DNA from: a bacterium
GTDB taxonomy: Bacteria > Auribacterota > UBA3054
Reading direction: 5' to 3'
DNA: 64,000 bases
Assembly (NCBI GenBank): GCA_017650925.1
Contig: JAGCDY010000053.1
Span: forward strand, 10,977-74,976
In this document: in pieces, positions 48,568 through 58,079 of the stretch
Layout: the number at the start of each line of letters is the position of its first letter
Numbering within the stretch: position 1 is the first letter of the stretch
Notes under the pieces: model-generated
Told to the model about the DNA's origin: nothing
Database searches by the model: none
Seen by the model: the letters and a program-made list of their open reading frames with translations, nothing else
Made by a program: the position numbers and the translations under genes

Positions 48568-50358
48568 ATGTCGAACTCTCTTCCCCATTGGCAACTAAAG
48601 GAACTTTATCCTTCCCTTGATTCCCAGGAACTCAAAGCGGATCTTCAAAAGATCAAAAACAACGTCGCCGCTCTTAAGGAATTGGAATTCCCTCCCTGCC
48701 CAGGGAGCGTTGAAGAACTGGCAGCTGATCTCACAAAAATGATCAAGATGGAAGAAGAACTCGCCGATCCCGTGGAAGCCATCGGCGTCTACTGCCACGC
48801 CCTCATCACGACGGATTCCTACAACTCCGAAGCGGCCAAGATAGAGTCTTCGCTTTCCGGCGCCATGGTTGCCCTTGGTCTTCTGAATGTCCGCTATCTC
48901 AAATGGCTCGCCGCCGTTCCCGAAAAACTCTGGAATGAATTCTGGACTTCCGACGCTTGCCATGAGCTTAAAGATTTCAGATTCTCCCTCAACGAGGAAA
49001 GAGACAACGCCTCCCATCTTCTCAGCGAAAAGGAAGAAGAGCTGGCCGCCAGGTTGGAGCAGTGCGGCACGCACGCCTGGGCCAAGATGCAGGGCCTCAT
49101 CACCTCGAGAGCCACAGCGGAATTCACCTACAAGGGCGAAACGAAAAGGCTGCCTCTGACGGCCCTCAGAGCCTATCAGACCGACAGCGACCCCGACGTC
49201 CGCCTCAACGCCCAGAAGACCGAGGAAGCCGCCTGGAAGCAGCTTGAAGATCAGGTGGCCGCCTGCTTAAACGGCGTCAAAGGTTCAGCCAACACCATGG
49301 CCAAAGCGAGAGGCTACTCCTCCGCCCTCGAACAGAGCTTAAGGATCTCCCGACTTGACGACGAGACTTTCTCCGCCCTCTGGGACGCCATGGAACGCTC
49401 CTTCCCGCTTTTCAGACGCTACTTCGTCAGCAAAGCGAAAAAACTCGGCCTTCCGAAACTGCGCTGGTGCGACCTGGACGCCCCCGTGGGCGACAGTTCC
49501 AGAAATTATTCCATAGAAGACTGCCAGGCTTTCCTCTACCGTCATTTCGAGAGTTTCTCCCCCGAACTGCGCGACCTGGCCAAACGAGCCTTTGATAACA
49601 ACTGGATCGACGCCGAACCCAGGGACGGCAAACGAGGCGGCGCCTTCTGCATGCCAGTTAGGAAACTTGAGGAATCCCGCATCCTGGCCAATTACGCCTG
49701 CAATTTCGATTCCGTCAACTGCCTGGCCCACGAATTGGGCCACGCCTTCCACAACTACTGCATGAAAGGCCTGCCCATGAAGCAGCGCAAATGCCCCATG
49801 ACGCTGGCCGAGACAGCCTCCATTATGGACGAGATGATCGTTTCTGAGTCCGCCCTGAAAGAAGCCCAAAGCAAGGAAGAGGAGCTCTACATCCTTGAGA
49901 GCGCCATAGCCTCTACCAGCGGCGTCATCGTCGACATAGCCTCCCGCTTCCTCTTCGAAAAGGAAGTCATGGAGCGCCGCCTGGAATCCGAACTGACCGC
50001 CAAAGAACTCTGCGCCATCATGGAGAAAGCCCAGAAGGCCACCTTCGGCGACGCCCTGGACGAAAACTGCCTCGGCCCCTACATGTGGACCTGGAAGCCC
50101 CACTATTACTTCAGCGGCTTCAACTTCTACAACTATCCTTACGCCTTCGGCCGCCTCTTCGCCATGGCCCTCTATTCCCTCTACCGAAAAGAAGGCGCGG
50201 CCTTCGTTCCCAAGTACATGGATTTCCTCCGCTCCGCCGGTCAAGCCTCGCCGAGAGAACTTGCGGCGCGTTTTGGGTATGATATTACCAGAGCTGAATT
50301 CTGGGACAACTCGCTTTCCGTCGTTGAAAACTGGGTAAACAGGTACGAAGAACTTTAA
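48568..50358 (+). CDS. pepF: M3-family oligoendopeptidase (PepF-like)
   Basis: 596 aa with the zinc motif HELGHAFH, a downstream Glu (TLAETASIMDE) and PepF-like length. Confidence 0.85.
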   Translation: MSNSLPHWQLKELYPSLDSQELKADLQKIKNNVAALKELEFPPCPGSVEELAADLTKMIKMEEELADPVEAIGVYCHALITTDSYNSEAAKIESSLSGAMVALGLLNVRYLKWLAAVPEKLWNEFWTSDACHELKDFRFSLNEERDNASHLLSEKEEELAARLEQCGTHAWAKMQGLITSRATAEFTYKGETKRLPLTALRAYQTDSDPDVRLNAQKTEEAAWKQLEDQVAACLNGVKGSANTMAKARGYSSALEQSLRISRLDDETFSALWDAMERSFPLFRRYFVSKAKKLGLPKLRWCDLDAPVGDSSRNYSIEDCQAFLYRHFESFSPELRDLAKRAFDNNWIDAEPRDGKRGGAFCMPVRKLEESRILANYACNFDSVNCLAHELGHAFHNYCMKGLPMKQRKCPMTLAETASIMDEMIVSESALKEAQSKEEELYILESAIASTSGVIVDIASRFLFEKEVMERRLESELTAKELCAIMEKAQKATFGDALDENCLGPYMWTWKPHYYFSGFNFYNYPYAFGRLFAMALYSLYRKEGAAFVPKYMDFLRSAGQASPRELAARFGYDITRAEFWDNSLSVVENWVNRYEEL

Positions 50359-50361
50359 CGC

Positions 50362-51288
50362 ATGAAAGAAGGTCTGCTTTTCATTCTTGGGCTCGCTTTC
50401 CTGATAGCGGGCGGCGAAGCAATGGTGAGAGGCGCCATAGCGCTCTCCAAAAAGCTTCGCGTTTCCGGCCTTGTTATCGGGATCGTCGTGGTCGGCTTCG
50501 GGACGTCCGTCCCGGAACTTTTGGCCAGCCTGTTCTCGGTCGTCGGAAAGATCAACTCCCCCGGGCTCGCCATTGGCAACATCATCGGCAGCAACATAGC
50601 CAACATCATCCTGATCCTCGGCTTGACCGCCTTGATAAACCCTGTCGTCTTTACGGAAAAGGCCCGCTTCAGGGAGATCTTCTCGCTTGCCATGAGCGTC
50701 GTACTCCTTGGCCTGACTTTCTTTTTAGGATACATCGGACGCCCTTACGGGATGATCATGACCGCAGCGATGCTCTCCTATATCATTTGGAGCGTCTTCA
50801 GCCCTGACGCGAAAAGTGAAGAAGTCCCCGATCTAACGGGACCGTGGAAAAACTTTTTCTTCAGCTTCATCGTGACCGCCGTCGGAATTGCCGTCATGAT
50901 AGGCGGCGCAAAGCTGATGGTCACGAACGCCGTTGCGATAGCCAGAGACTGGCACGTCAGCGAAACGGTGATCGGGCTCACGATCGTAGCGGTCGGCACT
51001 TCGCTGCCTGAATTGGCCGCCTCAATAATATCGGCGATCCACAAAAGAAGCGACCTCGCCATCGGGAATATCATCGGCAGCAATATTTTCAACTCCCTTA
51101 TGATCCCCGGGGTCACCGCGATAATAAAGCCGTTCCCGGTCGAAAGAAACATCCTTCCAGATTTCGCCGTCATGACCGCGGTCACGGTCGTTTTCATACT
51201 GTTCATGATACGCGGGAAAATAAGCCGCCTGGCCGGTGCGCTCTTTTTTACCGCGTATCTTGCCTACATGATCCTTATCTGGAAATAA
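50362..51288 (+). CDS. Ca2+/Na+ antiporter (CaCA family, YrbG-like)
   Basis: 308 aa with ~10 TM helices and two alpha-repeats (GFGTSVPEL and AVGTSLPEL, each followed by GNIIGSNI). Confidence 0.88.
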   Translation: MKEGLLFILGLAFLIAGGEAMVRGAIALSKKLRVSGLVIGIVVVGFGTSVPELLASLFSVVGKINSPGLAIGNIIGSNIANIILILGLTALINPVVFTEKARFREIFSLAMSVVLLGLTFFLGYIGRPYGMIMTAAMLSYIIWSVFSPDAKSEEVPDLTGPWKNFFFSFIVTAVGIAVMIGGAKLMVTNAVAIARDWHVSETVIGLTIVAVGTSLPELAASIISAIHKRSDLAIGNIIGSNIFNSLMIPGVTAIIKPFPVERNILPDFAVMTAVTVVFILFMIRGKISRLAGALFFTAYLAYMILIWK

Positions 51289-51299
51289 GGGCGCGGGAA

Positions 51300-52151
51300 C
51301 TAAGCGTTTTTCGCCTTCAAATCGGCGGCGGTCTTCTTGAGGTCGGCCTTCCAGTCCGCTTCAAGCTCTTTGACGGTTTTTCCGGTCGCGTCCTTCCAGA
51401 ACTTGCCGTCGTCGAAAGAGTGGTCGCGGAGCGCGGCGTTGAACTTTTTCATCGTCCCGGGGAAACGGCTTTCCACGAAACCTAAGAAATGCGCGGTGAC
51501 GCGGTAGGAGTCGTTGTAGTGATATTTGTCGGGAGCCAGGTACACGAAATCGCAGCCTTTGGACTCGGGCTCGAAAAGGACCCACCTAACGTAGTCCGCG
51601 TAGCCCTCGCTCGCCCATTCCGGGCAATTCTTCTCGTTCGCCCCTTCCGTCCAGTAGTTCTGCATGACGTGGGTAAGCTCGTGAATGGTGCTTCCAAGCG
51701 CCTCGCCGTTCAAGTTTTCCCTGAACCAGTCGGTGCGGAGGCTGACCCGGCTTTCGCTCGGCACAGCCCACGCCGGCGCGTAATCGGCGTTCTCCAGCTT
51801 AACGACGACGAACTGGAAGTAGATCTTAGAGGGCGGCGTCCAGCCGTCGGAGGCCATGACATCGGTCAGCTTAACGACCCATTCCTTTACCGCCGGAGCG
51901 AACTTTTCTTTGGTCCACTGCTTGAGGTCCGGAGCGTTAGAGGTGTCGAATTCCAGCGTCGCGATGCTCGTCGCGACTTCAAATTTATTAGTATCGCCGA
52001 TTTCCTTGCCGGTCTCGGAAGTCAGCTTCCTGACGCGCGACGAGGCCGAGAGAGCGTTCTTGCCGCCCTCGGACGTGCACGAGGATGTCAGGGGCAGTAT
52101 AAAAAGGCAGGCGATAATTGACTTTAACCAGATTAGGTCATGACTCTTCAT
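51300..52151 (-). CDS. lipoprotein, basic-secretory-protein (BSP)-type zinc metallopeptidase-like
   Basis: 283 aa. The lipobox is LPLTSSC. The HExxH motif sits in the BSP-like context STIHELTHVMQNYW. The CDS end lies only 11 nt from the convergent antiporter gene. Confidence 0.6.
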   Translation of the reverse strand: MKSHDLIWLKSIIACLFILPLTSSCTSEGGKNALSASSRVRKLTSETGKEIGDTNKFEVATSIATLEFDTSNAPDLKQWTKEKFAPAVKEWVVKLTDVMASDGWTPPSKIYFQFVVVKLENADYAPAWAVPSESRVSLRTDWFRENLNGEALGSTIHELTHVMQNYWTEGANEKNCPEWASEGYADYVRWVLFEPESKGCDFVYLAPDKYHYNDSYRVTAHFLGFVESRFPGTMKKFNAALRDHSFDDGKFWKDATGKTVKELEADWKADLKKTAADLKAKNA

Positions 52152-52174
52152 TTTGTTCTCCGATTTTTATATGT

Positions 52175-53839
52175 TTATTGTTCTTTTTTCTCAGGCAGAT
52201 CCCAGTCGTAGTTATGGATCTCGCTGCCAAAGCGCCAGCGCGCCGGGCGAAGTGTCTCCAGCCAGTCCAACGGTTCGCCGGTAGGCTGCGCCTTGGCCGA
52301 GCGGCGCAGTGCGGCCTCAAGCGCGTCGCGGATCTCAGGCGTCGTCAGTTCGCGCTTCCACGAGACGAACAGCGCCGTGCCGGAACGCGAGACAAGGTCG
52401 AGCCACTGCGAATTCAGTTCCCACGGAATGGCATCCTTATGCGCGAGCCCGAAGCAGTCGCCGTCCGAGACGTAAAAAGTGCCGTGGTGGATCGCGCGCA
52501 TGGCGACCGTGTTCGGACCCATCCGGCGCGTCCTTCCCCATTCTTCCCCGCTCGTGTCGTCGCCCGTGCGCTGGATCTCAAAGAGTCCGGCGGCGAAGTG
52601 GTCGATAGCGTTGCAGCCGATGATGACCATTTTGTCGCCCGCGGCCTCGCGAAGCGCCGTGTAGAGTCCTTTTATGACTTCCGCCGATGTGCGGCTCTTG
52701 TCGCTCCACTCCGGAAGGTCGTGTTCAACGGGGGCGAGCCCTCCGCCCCACGAGCCGCACCAGTCGAAGAAAATGTAGTCGATCTTAACGAGCTTGAATC
52801 CCCACTCGGCAAAGCGCGTCACGTCGGCGCGGATGCGCTTCTCAAGTTCCGGTTCCGTCGGATCGATAGGAAGGCCTTTGCCGTCGTCTGGGAGGAACGG
52901 ACGATACCAAAGTCCCGGCTTAGCGTCCAGCGCTGTGACGCGGCGCGCGACCTCGTCCATCTCCATGCCCCATTTCTCGTTCACTCCCGCCCAGCGCTTG
53001 TCGGCCGTCGTCTTGGCGCAACCCTGCTGACCGCGCTGCCAGCCGTCGTCCACGACGACATACGGGCGAACCTTCTCGCCCTTGACGAGCGAGACGATGA
53101 ACTCGGCGTCCGCCAGGAAGTTCGACGCTGTGTTGTTGCCATAGGCGCAGTACCAGTCGTTGTAGCCGTAAATGGGTTCCTTCGGCAAACGCGGTTTCGG
53201 ACACATCATCCGGCAGAATTCCTGGCCAGACTTGAAGGGAGTTTCTTTTTCAGCGCCGCGCCGGGAAACTATCGAGCAGGCTTCGAGCTTGCGACCCTTG
53301 AGTTCCACAGGACGAGAACCGGCGCGAAGATCCAGCGAAAGCACAAGGCGCTCCGGATCGACCTTCCAAGAGCCGAAGACGTTCGGCTGGACCATAAGGC
53401 CGTAGCCGTCCGTGCGCTTCCCATCATTGATGAGACAGTACCACGGCTCCCAGCCGCCGTGCGGTTTGGACTCGTCTTCGACGCGGAACCATCCCGAGTC
53501 GCCGTAAGTGCGCTCCCAGTCGCCGCCGTGAATTAGGGCGTCTTTCGGAAGCGAGACATTCCATATAAGCTCGACCTTGGAGATGGGAGCTTCGCTTGAA
53601 ACGGTTACCGCTGCTTCGCGGCGCGGGTCAGAGCTAGTAGACAGTTTCACACGCCCGGCGGAATCCTCCGCGCCGTCTATAAGGATCTTGTCGGGCTTCG
53701 AGATGTCGACAAAGGGCATCCCCGCGCCTTTCGTGTCACCGGCGGGAGCGCAGCCGCAAAGAGAGCCGGTCGCCAGCGTTGCCACGCCGAACATGGATAA
53801 GATCGAAAAGGCTTTTTTCACAATGTTCCTTAGTTTCAT
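52175..53839 (-). CDS. glycoside hydrolase, clan GH-D-like (alpha-galactosidase/melibiase-type catalytic core), lipoprotein
   Basis: 554 aa. The lipobox is TGSLCGC. Catalytic-core motifs are VVVDDGWQ, GFKLVKIDY and RTGDDTS, in the order expected for GH27/GH36-type (beta/alpha)8 enzymes. The long antisense ORF 52118-53536 is judged a shadow. Confidence 0.6.
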   Translation of the reverse strand: MKLRNIVKKAFSILSMFGVATLATGSLCGCAPAGDTKGAGMPFVDISKPDKILIDGAEDSAGRVKLSTSSDPRREAAVTVSSEAPISKVELIWNVSLPKDALIHGGDWERTYGDSGWFRVEDESKPHGGWEPWYCLINDGKRTDGYGLMVQPNVFGSWKVDPERLVLSLDLRAGSRPVELKGRKLEACSIVSRRGAEKETPFKSGQEFCRMMCPKPRLPKEPIYGYNDWYCAYGNNTASNFLADAEFIVSLVKGEKVRPYVVVDDGWQRGQQGCAKTTADKRWAGVNEKWGMEMDEVARRVTALDAKPGLWYRPFLPDDGKGLPIDPTEPELEKRIRADVTRFAEWGFKLVKIDYIFFDWCGSWGGGLAPVEHDLPEWSDKSRTSAEVIKGLYTALREAAGDKMVIIGCNAIDHFAAGLFEIQRTGDDTSGEEWGRTRRMGPNTVAMRAIHHGTFYVSDGDCFGLAHKDAIPWELNSQWLDLVSRSGTALFVSWKRELTTPEIRDALEAALRRSAKAQPTGEPLDWLETLRPARWRFGSEIHNYDWDLPEKKEQ

Positions 53840-53851
53840 ACTATCGCATCG

Positions 53852-55483
53852 CTACCACGTATTGCCTAAAGGCAGCATAGCCTCGTCGAACTCAGGGATC
53901 GTAGCCGCCTTGCCGGCAAGATACTCGTCCACGCGGCGCTTGGCCTCCTCCAGGCGCGCGAGTATTCCGGCATTGCGCTTTTGGATAAGTTCGAAACCGA
54001 AGGGCTGACTGGTCTCGTTCCAGTTGTCGCGGTAGATCTCGCAGAATTCGCGCATCGCCGCCACAGCTTTGTCAAGTTTCGCCGCGGCCTCCTTGATCTT
54101 CTCGGCGTCCTTCGCCTTCCAGGCCTCCAGCATAGAAAGCGAATAGTCGAGCTTCGTCAGCGTCGCGCGGTTGAAAGCGCACGAAACGGGGGCGCCTGAC
54201 TCCTTCGAGCCCGCTTCAATTTCGGCCATGGCGTCGCGCCACGCTATGAGGCGGTTGATACCGTCGCCGTCCCACTTAGCCAGGGCGTTTCTAACTTCGA
54301 GCATATAAAGCGGGTCGTCATAGAAGAACGTCCCCTCGCGGAATCCCAGGTTGTAGTTCGGATGGCTCATGCTGTCGGAGAGCTTGGCGAGGGTTCCGTA
54401 GTCCATACCCGTAATGGCCTTGAAGCGCGCGCAATTGTCATCGTTTGGCTCGACGGGTCGTCCCGCGGCTAGTTCGGCGCAGACGAACATGGATTCGTCG
54501 ATGATCTCGGGAATATGGTAGGCACCGTTGTCGCCCCAGAACGTAAACCACATCTCTTCGCAGCCCTTCTCCTTCGCGGCTGAGAGAAATGCGCGCGAGG
54601 CTCTGAGCATCTTCTCGCGGAACTGAATGAAGCGGTCCCATACGTGGGCGCCGCCCGCCAGGATAGGCTTGCCGTTAAGTTCGATGTGTCCGTCGATCGT
54701 TTTGGAATAATAGTCAACGTCCTCGGAGTCGTATTCCCAGAAGACAAGGCGCACGCCGGCGGGGATCTTTTCCGAGATCTCCTCGGCGGACATCCCTTTG
54801 TTGTCGCGGTACAGGCCGTAGAACATATCGTTCCAAATGAGGACTTCCTTGTAGCCGTGGCGATTGCAGATCTCGCAGACCTTGATAAGATGCTCAAGGA
54901 TGACATCGAAGCCCGGACGCTTGCCGTGGCGTTTGGCGTATTCATTGTCCGCGAAGCCCCACGCCTCGTCCATACCGACGTGGATGCGGCTGCCGCCGGC
55001 GGCCTCCTGCCAGAACGATACCATCTTCTCAATGAGCTCGTACGTCTTCGGCTCGCCGACCAGCACGGTCCAATCGTTGTTGCGCACGTCCTTAGAATCG
55101 CTCCATCTGAGCCACTTTTCGAGATGCCCGAGCGTCTGGATGCAGGGAACGAGTTCCAGGCCGTTCGCTTCCGCGGCCGCCTTGATCTCCTTCACGTCTT
55201 CTTTTGTATAGCCGCCGCGGTTCATGCCCCACTTCGGAACGCCTTCCAGACGGTAAGTGTCCTCGGTGTAGAGCATGACGCTGTTGTAGCCCATTTTGGA
55301 CATGCGCTCGAAGCAGCGTTTCAAATAAGGGACCTTGTAGACGCGCCCGCGCGAAAGGTCAAGCATGGCGCCGAGCTTCTTGAACCCCGCCCCTTCGGGC
55401 TGGGGCTCCTCGGCCGCGCAAACGAGCGCGCCGGCAATAGCAGCGACCGAGGCGATAGTTTTAAGTGTCGTTGTTTTTTTCAT
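53852..55483 (-). CDS. GH20-like beta-N-acetylhexosaminidase family protein
   Basis: 543 aa with a signal peptide. GAMLDLSRGRV matches the GH20 MLDxxR pattern. HVGMDEAWGF matches the HxGxDE catalytic Asp-Glu pair. Confidence 0.68.
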   Translation of the reverse strand: MKKTTTLKTIASVAAIAGALVCAAEEPQPEGAGFKKLGAMLDLSRGRVYKVPYLKRCFERMSKMGYNSVMLYTEDTYRLEGVPKWGMNRGGYTKEDVKEIKAAAEANGLELVPCIQTLGHLEKWLRWSDSKDVRNNDWTVLVGEPKTYELIEKMVSFWQEAAGGSRIHVGMDEAWGFADNEYAKRHGKRPGFDVILEHLIKVCEICNRHGYKEVLIWNDMFYGLYRDNKGMSAEEISEKIPAGVRLVFWEYDSEDVDYYSKTIDGHIELNGKPILAGGAHVWDRFIQFREKMLRASRAFLSAAKEKGCEEMWFTFWGDNGAYHIPEIIDESMFVCAELAAGRPVEPNDDNCARFKAITGMDYGTLAKLSDSMSHPNYNLGFREGTFFYDDPLYMLEVRNALAKWDGDGINRLIAWRDAMAEIEAGSKESGAPVSCAFNRATLTKLDYSLSMLEAWKAKDAEKIKEAAAKLDKAVAAMREFCEIYRDNWNETSQPFGFELIQKRNAGILARLEEAKRRVDEYLAGKAATIPEFDEAMLPLGNTW

Positions 55484-55495
55484 GGCTTTTGCTGT

Positions 55496-56848
55496 TTATT
55501 TGTAATAGACGGATTTTACGCCGTTCCTGATGCGGATGTGCTTCCTGGGGCCCTTGTGCTTCTCCGTGCCCCCGGAATAATTTGCGTCTTCCTCGGCTAT
55601 GGCCTTGTTCCATTCGGCCAGCGCCGCGGGATCCTTGGCTTCTTTGGTCAGCGGGAAGAAGATCCTGAAATTTAGGTCGTTGCAGAAATCGTCGTAGTCT
55701 CCGGCCCAGGTCTTGGCGACATAAAGGTTCTGAAAACTGTTGCGGAAACCGGAATTGCCGCCGGTGACGGTCTCGATATAATTCCGGAATTTTTCCGCGC
55801 TGGCGCTGCTGATGTATTCGACCATCGCCCTCGATTGCCTCGTGAAGTACAGTCTCTTTTCCGGATCTTCCAGTTTGGAAGGCATGAAAAGCTCCGAAGG
55901 CAGAAGCAGCTTGTTCTCCAAAAGAGACTCTGGCGCGACTATCTTGTTCGGTTCCACAACGGCGTCAAGATCGGCGCACCAGGCGCAGAAGCCGATCCGG
56001 AAAGCGTCGCAAAGTTCGCCTTTGGGGTTGGAGAGCGCCATGTGCTCGTCCAATATGAGATTGGCGACGGCGTAACCGAGCGCTTTAATGAGATGATTTT
56101 TCACGGCGGGGCTTATGAAGACCAGAATGGAGCGCGCCTTCTTGTCGACGCTCACGATCCTAACGGGAGTCAGCTGTTCCTTGCCTTTCAGATTGCCGAA
56201 CAGTTTCGGATTCGTGACAAAATAGATCTTGGCGTGGGAAACGGAGAAGTTCACCGTATCGTCGCAAGCCAGCCTGCTTGTCGTATCGCGGAAAATTGTT
56301 TCCAGCTCACCGTTCAGCTCGTCCATCTTGTAATATTTGAAGGTGTCTTCCTCGTGGAATTCCTTTTGCTTCGGGGCGTCCTTTTTAGCGTCTCCGCCCT
56401 TCTTTCCAGCGTCCTTCGCAACCGTTATCCCCTCTTTGGCCGCGAACGCGGGGTCGAGTTCCGCTATGGCCTGCTTTAAGCTCTTGATGGTCTCCTCGGT
56501 CTCGGCGATGTTTTTCTTGGCTTCCTTTATCTCTTCCTCTTCGGTGTCATCCAGCCATGCGAGCTGGGAATCCAAGTCGAGTTTCTTTTCCTCGGTTTCC
56601 TTGAGAGTGGTCTTGAGCCTTTCTACCTTCTCCTCCTTGGTGAAGAAAACCTCCTCCTCTACTTCCGCTTTTTTGGCGCCCGGCGCCTTGCATTTTTCGG
56701 GAAAGAAGAAATCGAAACAAGTGAACTCGCGGCTCTTGTAGCCTTCGCCTTCGCAGGCCTTCGCCCACTGGGCCGCTCCGGCGCCGAAAACGTCGAGCGA
56801 GACAAAGGCGGCGGCAAAAAGCATGAGGATCAGATTTGAGGATTTCAT
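55496..56848 (-). CDS. hypothetical secreted protein with an acidic coiled coil
   Basis: 450 aa. It has a signal peptide (LILMLFAAAFVSLDVFGA), a Glu/Lys coiled coil (EEKKLDLDSQLAWLDDTEEEEIKEAKKNIAETEETIKSLKQAIAELD), and an ~270-aa C-terminal domain with no motif I recognise. Confidence 0.5.
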   Translation of the reverse strand: MKSSNLILMLFAAAFVSLDVFGAGAAQWAKACEGEGYKSREFTCFDFFFPEKCKAPGAKKAEVEEEVFFTKEEKVERLKTTLKETEEKKLDLDSQLAWLDDTEEEEIKEAKKNIAETEETIKSLKQAIAELDPAFAAKEGITVAKDAGKKGGDAKKDAPKQKEFHEEDTFKYYKMDELNGELETIFRDTTSRLACDDTVNFSVSHAKIYFVTNPKLFGNLKGKEQLTPVRIVSVDKKARSILVFISPAVKNHLIKALGYAVANLILDEHMALSNPKGELCDAFRIGFCAWCADLDAVVEPNKIVAPESLLENKLLLPSELFMPSKLEDPEKRLYFTRQSRAMVEYISSASAEKFRNYIETVTGGNSGFRNSFQNLYVAKTWAGDYDDFCNDLNFRIFFPLTKEAKDPAALAEWNKAIAEEDANYSGGTEKHKGPRKHIRIRNGVKSVYYK

Positions 56849-56977
56849 GGCAAACGCTCCTTTTTTCGATAAATAAAACTGGTAACTATCTCTTGTTCGA
56901 TTATATCAAAAAAATTGAAGGGTTTTGAATTTTTATGACGTGAAGAAAACGGCGGTCGCCAAACGGCCGGGACTTTC

Positions 56978-56986
56978 TGATATAAT
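56978..56986 (+). promoter_or_regulatory. candidate extended -10 promoter (TGATATAAT) for pheS
   Basis: TGaTATAAT lies ~29 nt upstream of the pheS ATG at 57015. Confidence 0.45.
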
Positions 56987-57014
56987 AAATAGAATAAAAA
57001 TAAGGGATATTCTT

Positions 57015-58076
57015 ATGCTGGAACAAATCGCTAACGAACTGGAAAGTCTAAAAAACGAAGCGGTCGCGGCCATAGAGGCTGCCAAGAGCACCGCCGAGCT
57101 GGCCGAGCTTGACATCAAATATCTGGGACGCAAGGGCTCTTTCGCGGCCTACATGTCCCGCATGAAAGATCTCTCCAACGAGGAAAGGCCCGCTTTCGGC
57201 AAGATCGTCAACGAGGCCAAGACCGCCGTTTCCGCAGCTCTCTCCGACAAGCGCATCGCGCTCTTAATAGCCGAGGATACCGCCAAGTTGCAGAAAGACA
57301 AGATCGACGTGACGCTGCCCGGGCGCTTCGCCTCGGTGGGCTCCATCCATCCGACTTCCGCGGCGCTTCGTGAGATCTCGGATATTTTCCTTAGACTGGG
57401 CTTCACCATCGAGGAAGGCCCGGACGTGGAGGACGAGTGGCACAACTTCGACGCCCTCAACATTCCCGACACCCATCCGGCCCGCGACGTGCAGGACACT
57501 TTCTTCGTAAAGTCTCCCAAGGAAGTCGCCGAGTCCGGCAACAAGATACTTATGCGCACCCACACGTCCCCCGTTCAGGCCAGGACGATGGAAAAACAGC
57601 AGCCGCCCATCCGCTTCATCGCGCCGGGCCGAGTTTACAGGAACGAAAGGATCGACGCCTCGCACTACACCATCTTCCATCAGATCGAAGGTCTGTACGT
57701 GGACAAAAACGTGACATTTGCGCAGCTTAAAGGGACCTTGATGAACTTCGCGAAGATCTACTACGGTCCGCAAGCTTCCATCAGATTGAGGCCGGGCTTC
57801 TTCCCCTTCACGGAGCCTTCGGCTGAAGTCGACATCACCTGCACGGTCTGCGGCGGCAAAGGCTGCAGCGTCTGCAAAGGCACGGGTTGGGTGGAAGTTT
57901 TGGGCGCCGGCATGGTCCATCCCAACGTTTTCAAGGCCGCAGGCTACACCGATCCCGACATCACGGGCTTTGCCTTCGGCTTGGGTGTGGAAAGATTGGC
58001 GATCCTGAAGTACAGGATCGACGACATCCGTCTCTTCTACGAAAACGACATCCGCTTCCTGGAGCAGTTCATCTAA
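57015..58076 (+). CDS. pheS: phenylalanyl-tRNA synthetase alpha subunit
   Basis: 353 aa from the ATG at 57015 (AAGGGA RBS 8 nt upstream). The ORF-track TTG at 56925 is rejected. Class II motifs are HPARDVQDTFF, FRPGFFPFTEPS and GAGMVHPNV. Confidence 0.93.
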   Translation: MLEQIANELESLKNEAVAAIEAAKSTAELAELDIKYLGRKGSFAAYMSRMKDLSNEERPAFGKIVNEAKTAVSAALSDKRIALLIAEDTAKLQKDKIDVTLPGRFASVGSIHPTSAALREISDIFLRLGFTIEEGPDVEDEWHNFDALNIPDTHPARDVQDTFFVKSPKEVAESGNKILMRTHTSPVQARTMEKQQPPIRFIAPGRVYRNERIDASHYTIFHQIEGLYVDKNVTFAQLKGTLMNFAKIYYGPQASIRLRPGFFPFTEPSAEVDITCTVCGGKGCSVCKGTGWVEVLGAGMVHPNVFKAAGYTDPDITGFAFGLGVERLAILKYRIDDIRLFYENDIRFLEQFI

Positions 58077-58079
58077 GTT

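Noticed and set aside
56925-57014. 5' extension of pheS from a TTG codon.
   Set aside because: It starts at a TTG and runs through the pheS promoter-like region. The ATG at 57015 has an RBS (AAGGGA, 8 nt upstream) and gives a full-length family-typical N-terminus.
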